Assembly (NCBI GenBank): GCA_002269645.1 | Contig: NIVC01000600.1 | Location: 186,001-250,000, forward strand | Direction: 5' to 3' | DNA length: 64,000 nt | DNA from: Macrostomum lignano | Lineage: Eukaryota | Part shown: piece by piece, positions 40,668-52,247 of the stretch | How positions within the stretch are numbered: the first letter of the stretch is position 1 | Layout: the number at the start of each line of letters is the position of its first letter | The notes under the pieces: generated by a model | Database searches by the model: none | The model's input: the letters and a program-made list of their open reading frames with translations, nothing else | Told to the model about the DNA's origin: nothing | Program-made: the position numbers and the translations under genes

Positions 40668-41690
40668 TCTCCCTCTCCACCTCTCTATTCTTGTCGCCCT
40701 CTCTTCCCCGTTATCTCTCTTCTCTCCCTCTCTCTCCTCTCCCTCTCTCCTCTCCCTCTCTCTCCTCTCCCTCTCTCTCCTCTCCCTCTCTCCTCTCCCT
40801 CTCTCTCCTCTCCCTCTCTCTCCTCTCCCTCTCTCCTCTCCCTCTCTCCTCTCCCTCTCTCTCCTCTCCCTCTCTCCTCTCCCTCTCTCTCCTCTCCCTC
40901 TCTCTCCTCTCCCTCTCTCCTCTCCCTCTCTCCTCTCCCTCTCTCTCCTCTCCCTCTCTCCTCTCCCTCTCTCTCCTCTCCCTCTCTCTCCTCTCCCTCT
41001 CTCCTCTCCCTCTCTCTCCTCTCCCTCTCTCTCCTCTCCCTCTCTCTCCTCTCCCTCTCTCCTCTCCCTCTCTCACCTCTCCCTCTCTCTCCTCTCCCTC
41101 TCTCCTCTCCCTCTCTCTCCTCTCCCTCTCTCCTCTCCCTCTCTCTCCTCTCCCTCTCTCCTCTCCCTCTCTCTCCTCTCCCTCTCTCCTCTCCCTCTCT
41201 CTCCTCTCCCTCTCTCTCCTCTCCCTCTCTCTCCTCTCCCTCTCTCCTCTCCCTCTCTCTTCTCTCCCTCTCTCTCCTCTCCCTCTCTCTTCTCTCCCTC
41301 TCTCTTCTCTCCCTCTCTCTCCTCTCCCTCTCTCTCCTCTCCCTCTCTCTCCTCTCCCTCTCTCTCCTCTCCCTCTCTCTTCTCTCCCTCTCTCTTCTCT
41401 CCCTCTCTCTTCTCTCCCTCTCTCTCCTCTCCCTCTCTCCTCTCCCTCTCTCTCCTCTCCCTCTCTCTTCTCACTCCTCTCTCTCCTCTCCCTCTCTGTA
41501 CTCACTCCTCTCTCTTATCTCTCTCTTCCCTCTCTCTTCCCTCTCTCTTCTCTCCCTCTCTCCCTCTCTCTCCTCTCCCTCTCTCTCCTCTCCCTCCCTC
41601 TCCCTCTCCCTCTCCCTCTCCCTCTCCCTCTCTCTCTCCCTCTCCCTCTCCCTCTCCATCTTATATACCTCTTTCTTTCCTCCTCCCGTC
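40668..41690. repeat. ~1-kb polypyrimidine (CT-rich) simple repeat
   Basis: Almost exclusively C/T on the + strand (CTCTCC/CTCTCTC units). Confidence 0.97.
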
Positions 41691-41859
41691 TCCCAGCTCC
41701 CATCCTACTTTTTCAAACTTCTTAGTTTCCAATCCAGATTCACAGCTTGAGACCTCCATGGCCATCCATTCAGTCCAGATCTGTTCCTGCGCATCTCTCT
41801 GAAATCCCGCGCCAACTCTTGAAATCCCCAATGTCCCATCCGCTTCAGCCATCGGAACC

Positions 41860-42184
41860 ATGGGCAACAACTCGAGCAACTCAGTGCTGCACAACATTGA
41901 CTCGGTGGTGACTCGGCTGGCCGGCCGGTCGGCTTCGAGTTCGGCCGAGTCGCCAACGGGCCCGAATTCGTCAGACGACCCGGAGACCGTGGCCGCTCGA
42001 CGCTTGGTGTGTGAAGTGCTGCGCGCGTCTGTCAAGGAGATGCTGCGGCAGCAGCTGCGCGCGGCGGCTGTCAGGGCGCCGCCAAGGAGCGACCAGGCCG
42101 AGCTGCTGCAGGCGGAGGCCGAGCGCCTGGTTGCTGGCGTGCTGGAGGCGGCCATCGATGTGCTGGCGGAGGAGCTGGTGCCCG
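41860..42184 (+). CDS. BCH-domain (BNIP2/caytaxin/PRUNE2-like) protein, coding exon 1
   Basis: ACCATGG start, MGNNSS; upstream acceptor CTTCAG at ~41848; donor CCCG|GTGGGT (phase 1). Assigned to this gene by phase compatibility with the downstream BCH exons. Confidence 0.65.
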
Positions 42185-42244
42185 GTGGGTTGACAGGGGT
42201 CGGCTTTCTGATGATTGGGGTGTGCACCAGCTGACTGCTGATGA

Positions 42245-43020
42245 TGTGCTCATGGTGTGCTCATGGTGTGCTCATGGTGTGCTCATGCTGTGCTCATGCT
42301 GTGCTCATGATGTGCTCATGGTGTGCTCATGGTGTACTCATGGTGTGCTCATAGTGTGCTCATAGTGTGCTCATAGTGTGCTAATGGTGTGCTCATAGTG
42401 TGCTCATAGTGTGCTAATGGTGTGCTCATGGTGTGCTCATAGTGTGCTAATGGTATGCTCATGGTGTGCTCATCGTTTGCTAATGGTGTGCTCATGATGT
42501 ACTCATAGTGTGCTCATAGTGTGCTCATAGTGTGCTAATGGTGTGCTCATAGTGTGCTCATAGTGTGCTAATGGTGTGCTCATAGTGTGCTCACAGTGTG
42601 CTAATGGTGTGCTCTTAAGTGATCATGATGTGCTCATGGTGTACTCATAGTGTGCTCATAGTGTGCTTATAGTGTGCTCATGGTGTACTCATAGTGTGCT
42701 CATAGTGTGCTTATAGTGTGCTCATAGTGTGCTAATGGTGTGCTCATAGTGTGCTCATAGTGTGCTCATAGTGTGCTCATAGTGTGCTAATGGTGTGCTC
42801 ATAGTGTGCTCATAGTGTGCTAATGGTGTGCTCATAGTGTGCTCATAGTGTGCTCATAGTGTGCTCATAGTGTGCTAATGGTGTGCTCATAGTGTGCTCA
42901 TAGTGTGCTAATGGTGTGCTCATAGTGTGCTCATAGTGTGCTAATGGTGTGCTCATAGTGTGCTCATAGTGTGCTCATAGTGTGCTCATAAGTGATCATG
43001 GTGTGCTCATGGTGTGCTCG
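42245..43020. repeat. 11-bp minisatellite (GTGTGCTCATA / GTGTGCTAATG)
   Basis: Tandem units in BCH gene intron 1. Confidence 0.95.
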
Positions 43021-43111
43021 CAGTGGTATGACCTATGAGAGCTTGGGTTTGTGTTTTTAAAGAATATACTAGAAAATGCTTGTATAGTCTAACACGAACT
43101 CGCTGCTGCAG

Positions 43112-43285
43112 AACTGCCCTCCATGAACGGGCCAACAAAATGCAAGAACTCGCATACCACTGGGCCGCAGCCGCCTCAGCAGCTGCCTCAGCAGCAGCAG
43201 CAGCAGCAGCCGGATTCTAACAATGATCAGCACCTGTCCTTCCTGACCGAAATTGCTTCTCGTATGGTCAACTCGCGATTGAATG
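43112..43285 (+). CDS. BCH-domain protein, coding exon 2 (polyQ, symmetric phase 1-1; not in the ORF track)
   Basis: CTAAC branch-like motif plus CTGCAG|AA acceptor; donor AATG|GTGAGT; 174 nt open: ELPSMNGPTKCKNSHTTGPQPPQQLPQQQQQQQPDSNNDQHLSFLTEIASRMVNSRLN. Confidence 0.6.
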
Positions 43286-43451
43286 GTGAGTGAAATGCGC
43301 CGCGAGCCTTTGCTTGAAAAGAAGTCATTGTGTACTTTTAGTAAGATTATTTTGGCGAAAACGCGATCAAAATCGGTGAAGAATTGCAATCTCTAGAGCG
43401 TTATGGACAAACATACAAATATTGGAGATTTAGTATATTTAGATTACGCTT

Positions 43452-43672
43452 TACTCCCCATCACCCACCTCACTCCCAACACCCACGCCACTCCCTTCAC
43501 CCACCTCACTCCCATCACCCACCTCACTCCCTTCCCCCACCTCACTCCCATCACCCACCTCACTCCCTTCCCCCACCTCACTCCCAAGACCCACATCACT
43601 CCCTTCTCCCACTCCACTCCCATTACCCACCTCACTCCCTTCACCTGCCTCACTCACATCACCCACCTCACG
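43452..43672. repeat. 18/36-bp C-rich repeat (CCACCTCACTCCCATCAC / CCACCTCACTCCCTTCCC)
   Basis: Tandem units in BCH gene intron 2. Confidence 0.9.
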
Positions 43673-43706
43673 CCTCCAGCCAACCCATCTCATTTCCCCA
43701 CCCCAG

Positions 43707-43965
43707 ACTCGCAGCTCAGCTCTGCAGTGGAGCAGCTGACCAGACATCGCAGCGAGTTCCGCCTGCCGGAGGCCAGACCAAAATCCGAGCGGTCAACAGC
43801 GGTGGACCTGGCGCTGCTCGGCCCCTACCTGCGCTGCCTGAGTCATGCCGGGGTGCTCAGCGAAGGCTGCGGACCCGCTGCAACCCTGCTGGTGTTCGAC
43901 GCCTCACGGCTGCCAGACTGCGACTCCGTACGGGAATACGACGGAATCATGCTGCAGCTGCTCAC
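43707..43965 (+). CDS. BCH-domain protein, coding exon 3 (start of BCH/CRAL-TRIO-like domain)
   Basis: DLALLGPYLRCLSHAG..TLLVFDASRLP..YDGIMLQL parallels BNIP2 DMKAIEPYKKVISHGG..AIVVFAVCFMP..YRYLMDNL as recalled. Acceptor CCCCAG|AC, donor AC|GTGAGT. Confidence 0.85.
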
Positions 43966-43966
43966 G

Positions 43967-45010
43967 TGAGTGTGGGGCGGATTTCCCCTTTGAGTCTGGG
44001 GCGGATTTCCCCTTTGAGTCTGGGGCGGATTTCCCCTTTGAGTCTGGGGCGGATTTCCCCTTTGAGTCTGGGGCGGATTTCCCCTTTGAGTCTGGGGCGG
44101 ATTTCCCCTTTGAGTCTGGGGCGGATTTCCCCTTTGGGTCTGGGGCGGATTTCCCCTTTGAGTCTGGGGCGGATTTCCCCTTTGGAATCTGGGGCGGATT
44201 TCCCCTTTGGAATCTGGGGCGGATTTCCCCTTTGGGTCTGGGGCGGATTTCCCCTTTGGGTCTGGGGCGGATTTCCCCTTTGGGTCTGGGGCGGATTTCC
44301 CCTTTGGGTCTGGGGCGGATTTCCCCTTTGAGTCTGGGGCGGATTTCCCCTTTGGAATCTGGGGCGGATTTCCCCTTTGGAATCTGGGGCGGATTTCCCC
44401 TTTGGGTCTGGGGCGGATTTCCCCTTTGAGTCTGGGGCGGATTTCCCCTTTGGAGTCTGGGGCGGATTTCCCCTTCGAGTCTGGGGCGGATTTCCCCTTT
44501 GAGTCTGGGGCGGATTTCCCCTTTGGAATCTGGGGCGGATTTCCCCTTTGGAATCTGGGGCGGATTTCCCCTTTGGAATCTGGGACGGATTTCCCCTTTT
44601 TAATCTGGGCGGATTTCCCCTTTGGAGTCTGGGGTGGATTTCCCCTTTGGAAACTGTGGCGGATTTCACCTTTGAGTCTGGGGCGGATTTCCCCTTTGGA
44701 GTCTGGGGCGGATTTCCCCTTCGAGTCTGGGGCGGATTTCCCCTTTGAGTCTGGGGCGGATTTTCCCTTTGGAATCTAGGGCGGATTCCCCCTTCGAGTC
44801 TGGGGCGGATTTCCCCTTTGAGTCTGGGGCGGATTTCCCCTTTGGAATCTGGGGCGGATTTCCCCTTTGGAATCTGGGGCGGATTTCCCCTTTTTAATCT
44901 GGGCGGATTTCCCCTTTGGAGTCTGGGGTGGATTTCCCCTTTGGAAACTGTGGCGGATTTCACCTTTGAGTCTGGGGAGGATTTCCACCTTGAAGTCTGG
45001 GGCGGATTCT
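43967..45010. repeat. 24/25-bp minisatellite (GAGTCTGGGGCGGATTTCCCCTTT)
   Basis: About 40 units beginning inside the exon-3 donor site. Confidence 0.95.
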
Positions 45011-45764
45011 AGATGACTCCGGGATGGATTTCCCCGGAGTCTCGGGATATACGTCTTTGGATAATCCCCGCCGAATCTGTACTGCAATAGCCATACAATT
45101 TGCCCTATACTTCGGCGCATTATGAGTGCACACTGGGGACTTAGGAAGCAGTCGAGATAAGAAAAAGGCTCCGCAGACCGACAGTAACCTCTCCGCTTGC
45201 TTATACTTCACTTTCATCCGGCGCAAGGAAGGAAACTCGCCTCGGGGGAGAGTCTGGATGGGAAGAGCGAGGACGGCCCCGTGGGATATGAGAGCGGACA
45301 CAGGGGCGCCCGTGACAGAAACATGGGGGGCTCTGAGTGTGGGATCGGAACTCTGTCTCGTCCGGAGCGGAGCTCTGAGTTAGAAAATGATGCTCATTTT
45401 TTCGCGAGCAGCATCACAAGCCAGCTCTATATTGCCGAGCCTGCCTCTCAGCGCTCCCGCACTTCACCTTTGCCATTTCATTAGATGCTGACTTCTCTTG
45501 ACTCTGAGCATCTGTGAGGCTTACAATGCAATGCCCCGAGCTCAAGTTGCCAGTGAGAGGCACGCGCGAGGGGGTATATTTTCGAGCAATGAGCCAGATG
45601 GAGATACAGATATGTAATTAAAACAGATGCGAACACAGAAAGCATCAACGGCCAGGGCATGCCAAGAGATAAATATTATTAATCTACTGTGGGACCTAAG
45701 TAGTATGAATAGCGTTTCTTAACATTGCTAAAGATTAGTTATTCATCTATTTATTCATCCATAA

Positions 45765-46860
45765 TATGTTGGCTAGATTAGCAATCCATTCTATTCTTTC
45801 ATCCATAATGTGTTGGCTAGATTAGCAATCTATTCTATTCCTTCATCCGTGATTTTGGCTAGATTAGCAATTTATTCTATTCCTTCATCCGCGATGTTGG
45901 CTAGATTAGCAATCAATTCTGTTCCTTCATCCATGATATTGGCTAGATTAGCAATCCGTTATATTCCTTCATCCGTGATGTGTTGGCTAGATTAGCAATC
46001 CATTCTATTCCTTCATCAGTGATGCTGGCTAGATTAGCAATCCGTTATATTCCTTCATCCGCGATGTTGGCTAGATTAGCAATCCATTCTATTCCTTCAT
46101 CAGTGATGCTGGCTAGATTAGCAATCCATTCTATTCCTTCATCCGTGATTTTGGCTAGATTAGCAATTTATTCTATTCCTTCATCCGCGATGTTGGCTAG
46201 ATTGGCAATCCATTCTATTCCTTCATCAGTGATGCTGGCTAGATTAGCAATCCATTCTATTCCTTCATCCGCGATGTTGGCTAGATTGGCAATCCATTCT
46301 ATTCCTTCATCCGTGATGTGTTGGCTAGATTGGCAATCCATTCTATTCCTTCATCCGTGATGTGTTGGCTAGATTAGCAATCCATTCTATTCCTTCATCC
46401 GTGATGTGTTGGCTAGATTAGCAATCCATTCTGTTCCTTCATCCATGATGTGTTGGCTAGATTAGCAATCCATTCTGTTCCTTCATCCATGATGTGTTGG
46501 CTAGATTAGCAATCCATTCTGTTCCTTCATCCGTTATGTTGGCTAGATTGGCAATCCATTCTATTCCTTCATCCGTGATGCTGGCTAGATTAGCAATCCA
46601 TTCTATTCCTTCATCCGCGATGTTGGCTAGATTGGCAATCCCTTCTGTTCCTTTATCCATGATGTGTTGGCTAGATTAGCAATCCATTCTGTTCCTTCAT
46701 CCATGATGTGTTGGCTAGATTAGCAATCCCTTCTGTTCCTTCATCCATGATGTGTTGGCTAGATTAGCAATCCATTCTGTTCCTTCATCCATGATGTGTT
46801 GGCTAGATTAGCAATCCATTTTGTTCCTTCATCCGTGATGTGTTGGCTAGATTAGCAATC
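45765..46860. repeat. 42/44-bp minisatellite (GATGTTGGCTAGATTAGCAATCCATTCTATTCCTTCATCCGC)
   Basis: About 25 units ending ~20 nt before the exon-4 acceptor. Confidence 0.95.
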
Positions 46861-46880
46861 CCCTCCTCTCCCCTCGGCAG

Positions 46881-47093
46881 GCTGCTCAGTCACGCCATCA
46901 GGCAGATCCGCACTCCCAGTTTTGCCTTGGTGTTTCTGCACTCGCCAGCCACTCGCGGCCAGTTCCCCAAGGTGGCCTGGATGAAGCAGGCTGCCGCATG
47001 GCTGGAGACCCAGTCCTCGCTGCGCAGAATCTACGTGCTGCACTCGACCTTCTCACTGAGCACCCTGTCCGTGCTGAGTCGCGCCTTTACCTC
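46881..47093 (+). CDS. BCH-domain protein, coding exon 4
   Basis: FALVFLHSPATRGQFPKVAWMKQ..LRRIYVLHSTFSLSTLSVLSRAFTS parallels BCH [48 protein letters not shown]. Phase-2 splice sites are consistent. Confidence 0.85.
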
Positions 47094-47456
47094 GTGAGTT
47101 TTTACTTACTTTGTTTTAAAAATAAGGTCACTTTGGTAATTCGAATTGGCGCTAAAAAACAAATAATCACGGATATGAGAAGCAGAACCTTTAAATTTAG
47201 ATTTGTTAAAGTCGCCAGAAAAATACTAGAATAGCGTTTTCCAGGTTTTGGTCGCGAGTTCAAAAGTTTTTCACGGGGTTTTTGGTGCGAATTTAACAGG
47301 ATACTTTTTTAATTTAACGGTAACCTAATGGTTACGTGTTTGTTTTGATGTCCAGCTTACAGTATCGCAAAACTTGGAGATATTATCAATTTTTTAGAGG
47401 CATGCGACTTCTTTTAAAATAGAATGCTCTTCTTTAACAAACCATAAACATGACAG

Positions 47457-47598
47457 GCGCGCATTCCGAGACCTCGTGACCAGCGTCTCGTCGGTGCAGC
47501 AGCTGCAGGAGCTTCTGCCGCTCCTGACCACCTCTGTCAAGCAGCAGCTCGAGGCGGTACGCGCTTGGGAGTCCACTCACAAAGGATTTGGATTTTGA
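47457..47598 (+). CDS. BCH-domain protein, last coding exon
   Basis: Acceptor TGACAG|G; RAFRDLVTSVSSVQQLQELLP parallels SKFSQKIRYVFNLAELAELVP; TGA at 47596-47598. The five exons total 1113 nt (370 aa), in frame. Confidence 0.75.
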
Positions 47599-47926
47599 GC
47601 ACCCGATTAAGCAGCATGGCGACAATGACCCTGGTCTGTTATATTCTCAGAAAGTCAAAACGCAAACCAGTTTTGGTCTCTTGTGTTTCACTTCTGTGCA
47701 AAGTCGCTCCGACTCCAAACATTAATTTGTTGTCCTGTCTGCATTATAAAATTTATGAATATCATTTTTTATACTGGCTGCAGGTGTCGTGTTCGGATTA
47801 CCGAAATGGATGGAATGGAATAGGTTTTCGGTACTTTATGTACTTTTCAATGTAGACTTGGTTGGTTTGTTGGTAATCTATTGCTGGGTAGCTTTTGACG
47901 TCGTAAATTTTGCACAATGAAATATT

Positions 47927-48331
<405 letters not shown>

Positions 48332-48859
48332 GTTATTCGCACGCTGCTTCGAAAAATTAAATTGTTCGCGTGTTGGTCCTTGCAATTATTGATAGTATTT
48401 TTCAGGCTGCAAGTATTTCATTTCGGACTTTTAAACCCAATGATTGAAAAATTTAATATCCATTAATCATATTTTTCAACAGTATGGCTATATTCCGTGT
48501 CATTCATCCTACAGAACACTAATTACATTAATTACTAACCTACACTGTCACGTGACTCGATCGATGTGTCACTTAAACCCCACTCTTAGCTTGTTGTCTA
48601 TTTAGTCCTTGACTGCTTTCCCCACACTTCTCATTACGAAAATTTACCGTTTTTAGGCTCAATCGCCGAGTTGTGCGTCGTGTTTGTTTCCTTTGTTGTC
48701 TGAGCTCGAAGGTTTAGAAATACACAAAGAAATGCTGCAGTTCGATGAGGTCCAAATCCTCGATATTTTATTGATTTTTTGTCCATAGCAAAACAAAAAA
48801 TTGACTTTTATTCAATTTACGCTTTGCCGCATTATCACCTGGGAAACGTAGCTTTGGAA

Positions 48860-49070
48860 TGGGGAACCTGTGAGGATGGGAAACGGGGGACCGGTGAGGA
48901 TGGGGAACGGGGGACCGGTGAGGATGGGGAACGGGGGACCGGTGAGGATGGGGAATGAGGGGCCAAGGAGGATTTGGATTCGGGGAACCGGTGAGGATGC
49001 GGAATGGGGAACCGGTGAGGATGGGGAACGGGAAACCGGTGAGGATGGGGAATGGGGGACCGGGGAGGAA
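48860..49070. repeat. 24-bp G-rich minisatellite (GGGGAACGGGGGACCGGTGAGGAT)
   Basis: About 8-9 degenerate units. Confidence 0.9.
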
Positions 49071-49607
49071 TTGGAATAGAAAGCAGTAAGAAAGTTAGCA
49101 CAGTGTGAGGCCGGAAGTTTAGAGCATAGAAGTCACATGCAAAATTAGGAAGAGCATATGCATGTTAAAAGTCCTTTTAGTTTTAGGTCACAAAAATTGT
49201 TGATCGAGTGTATCTTGGTATTTATTTTACTCACTAATAGGATAAGCTATGCACATGATATATAGGCCGAGTGGCACGAATATTATTAGTACAGTAACCC
49301 TACATATTAGTAGCTACTCCTAATGGATGCTCAAACGCATGGGTTAAACTAATCTCGTATTTTCTTTAGTGAGAGTGACGCAATTTAAACCACACCACAG
49401 GCCCTAAGGGCTTATATATCCTACCGATGTATACATGCAAAGGTTTCTAAATTTCTTGTGTTAATGAATTCAATGAGACAGAGTGTATCTTTTTAGTTTA
49501 TCGTACTAACGAATTTGTGGCAAGTTTTGCCAAAGGTTTTTAAAATCAATATTATAGTTAATCCTTGATTTTACGAATCAGGCTTGCGCTTCAACGCCAT
49601 TTAAATT

Positions 49608-49715
49608 TCATTTTGGAAGCTGGTCAACCAAAGGGGCAGCTGCGGCGTCCGTTTGGGCCGGCTTTTCGCGTCCAGAATAAATGGAAGCCGCGCTGTCCGA
49701 GTTCACTAGCCGAAT
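49608..49715 (-). CDS. SLC18 transporter, probable last exon (cytosolic tail)
   Basis: Pyrimidine-rich acceptor ..TTACACCGCAG|ATT, phase 0; 35 codons then TGA. Assigned by splice signals only. Confidence 0.5.
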   Translation of the reverse strand: MRLVNSDSAASIYSGREKPAQTDAAAAPLVDQLPK

Positions 49716-50288
49716 CTGCGGTGTAAATGAAATGAGATTATAGGACCAAACGCTCCTCAGCTGGTCTCTGATTGGCTTCCGCGCTGGTATACACATTGCC
49801 TCAGTTCTCTACCCCTTTATGGACACCCACCCCAATCCAGTCCGGGCCCTATAGTGCTGGTACAGACAATATTTTCTGACTGGTTATCTGTCTTTCCACA
49901 CAAACTGTTCATGACACACCAGCCAATCGATATATATTTTCTGTCTCGTTTTATTGCCCCACCTCACGCCCTCGCCAGCATAGGCTCGCTTATTGGCTAA
50001 CTAGGTATGTGCTTTTTCTCAAAAGCTAACTAGACTCGTCTGTTCACGACACCCCAGCCAATCGATATTTTTTCTGCCCCGTTATATTGCCCCACCTCAC
50101 ACTTTCTAGACTTCAGTGGCCAGCACAGACTGGCTGATTCATATTGGCTGACTGGTTAACCTGGCTTTCCACACAAACTGTTCACGATACCCTAGCCAAT
50201 TCTTCTCTGCCCCGTTTTGGGGTTTCCACGAAATTGGGGTGGCAGCTTTAATCCCAGTGCAGGAAGAAGAAGGAAGGCGGCAACTCAC

Positions 50289-50455
50289 AGACTGCAGATC
50301 GCGCCCGGTAGAATCCGCCGCCTGTCCGGCAGCCGCGCCCAGCGCTTGGCGCAGCAGCAGGTTGAGTGGGGCAAACAGCAGGTGCAGGGCGGCCATGCCA
50401 ATCACTGCGAAGGTGAAGCTGGCGTGCTTCACTAGCAGGCCGCCGATGATGGGGC
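50289..50455 (-). CDS. SLC18 transporter exon (TM12)
   Basis: PIIGGLLVKHASF..LHLLFAPLNLLLR parallels PSAGGAIAKAIGF..IDILFAPLCFFLR. Acceptor TCCAG|GC; probable donor TCT|GTGAGT. Confidence 0.85.
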
Positions 50456-50629
50456 CTGGATTGGAGTAGGATTTGAGGAAGATTTGTAATGAATATGAGG
50501 TGAACTGAAGTGAATGACGTTTTAGACGTTCAAAATGTGGGTTACACTCTTCTAGAAGCACAAACCCAATTAAATAGAACGTTTTAATAGCAATTGTTTC
50601 CTGTAAATCAGTTCTGTCTGCCTGCTCAC

Positions 50630-50813
50630 TGAAAATGAAAGCAGCCGCCACGCTGGTGTTGCACAGCGAGTAAACGCTGCCATAGGATCCCGGATGCCGC
50701 GTGTCCACCAGATTGCCAAGCAATGGAAACAGCGAGGCGTCTACGGTGCCCAGCGCCAGGCCAATTCCGAAGTGCGGCAGCAGCAGGTGGTAGACTGTCC
50801 TGGCAGACGGAAT
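50630..50813 (-). CDS. SLC18 transporter exon (TM10-11)
   Basis: PHFGIGLALGTVDASLFPLLGNLVDTRHPGSYGSVY parallels [36 protein letters not shown]. Confidence 0.92.
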
Positions 50814-51179
50814 CTTAAAGCGCAAGGGTGTACAATTGTCAGACTGAGAAATCAGTTAGTACACTTTGGACAGAGGCTCCTCTGCCACCTCTGACCTTTC
50901 ATTTAAAGCGACACTGATTGGCAGATGAGAAAGTGAGAGTTCATTGGCCTAGAATTCTTCTCTCTTCCTGACCTTCTGTGATTGGCTGGCGGGTGTGAGA
51001 GTAAAGTATTCTCCTCTCCTATTTGCCCTTTCATTGGCTCCTCCTTCTACTAGTACCTACCCATCGAAAGTGCCCCTCCCCCCCAGAAGCACCACTTACT
51101 CCTAATTTCATAGTTTCTATTGGCTGTAATTAACTGCTTACAAAACTTTCACTCAAAGCAAAAAACGATTACAACTCAC

Positions 51180-51310
51180 CACTGCGAAGCACACACCGGA
51201 CAGGGTGAAGCTAAGCAGGGCCTTCAGCCAGTCTTCGCCTACGGAACTGTGAGAACCGACCAGATTCGATGACAACAGGAAAGCGACGCTGTCCGGGAGA
51301 AACACGGCGC
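51180..51310 (-). CDS. SLC18 transporter exon (TM8-9)
   Basis: AVFLPDSVAFLLSSNLVG parallels VAFLPASISYLIGTNIFG. Splice phases 1/0 are consistent. Confidence 0.85.
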
Positions 51311-51392
51311 CTAGTTGAATGGATTCGAAGGCAGTCTGTTGTTTTTTGTGGTATCGATAATTTTGTATTGTCTGCCTCATCAGCCTGCTCAC

Positions 51393-51555
51393 CCAGCTGC
51401 CACTTCTCGGCTCGCATAGTCTTCTCAACCCAGATGGGAATGGTACTCTCCAGCAGAGAGATTCCAGCCTCCTGGAGGAATACGCCCAAAGTTGCTATGA
51501 GGATGTAGCGGTCGCACAGCAGAGTGGCGAGAGACTGCCGCTCGCCCCATTCCAC
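51393..51555 (-). CDS. SLC18 vesicular amine transporter (VMAT-like), internal exon (TM7 region); the 5' half of the gene is not in the window
   Basis: LLCDRYILIATLG..GISLLESTIPIWVEKTMRAEKWQLG parallels VMAT [37 protein letters not shown]. Acceptor CCTCAG|GTG, donor G|GTGAG. Confidence 0.9.
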
Positions 51556-51691
51556 CTGAGGAATGGGAGGAAGGAAGGTGAATTGGAGTCAGTAGAGGAG
51601 AGGTAAAGTCAACAATGGAGAAGCAGAGTCAGAGAAGCAGAAGTGGAGTCGGGAATCAAGGTGGAGAAGTGAAGTGATCTTAATTTAAGCA

Positions 51692-52240
51692 TGTTATGCC
51701 CAATGTTATTTTTTAGTCTAATGCGAACTTCAGAAGGTTTTTCTATCAGGAAAGTACAGCACATGCTTGTGCACCAGTAAAGATCCTATTGCGTGAAGCG
51801 AACACCAATGAAATGCGTTATAGAAATCATATATATACTAGCGTTCAGTGAGAATGAAGCCTCTCTCCAGTTTTTCCCGGTTCTCGGCTCTCCGCCTCTT
51901 TGCCTCCTCAACTGCTCCGCTAGCTTGCCCCAACAATCGGGCCTGAACTCTAATATCCCGATTTAACAGAGATAAATCCGGACAAACGTCAATTCGTGCA
52001 ACAATATCGATAAGTAGCCTGTGGCTCCATTTTCACTGAATTGCTTAACAAATTTGCGTAATTGCGTGATCAATATCCTATTAGGAATTGCTACTAACAT
52101 TGATTAGTAATAAACATCTTGTTGAAGGTTAGAGATCGAGAGAAACAAATCGAACCTCCGACTTATTTGATTCAACAGAAACATCAACGATCATAGTCAT
52201 CGTCAGAGGGGCACACCCCCGCAACAAAAAAATCTAAAAC
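51692..52240 (+). repeat. Candidate 5' LTR
   Basis: Starts TGTTA (51692 or 51704), TATA-like ATATATATA at ~51830, AATAAA at 52109, ends ..AACA (52226 or 52240) just before a PBS candidate. No second copy in the window to confirm it. Confidence 0.45.
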
Positions 52241-52247
52241 ATTTGAC

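Noticed and set aside
45197-45484. GC-rich 95-aa ORF in BCH intron 3 as an extra exon
   Set aside because: The nearest acceptor gives phase 1 whereas the flanking exons need phase 2, and it would interrupt the contiguous BCH domain.
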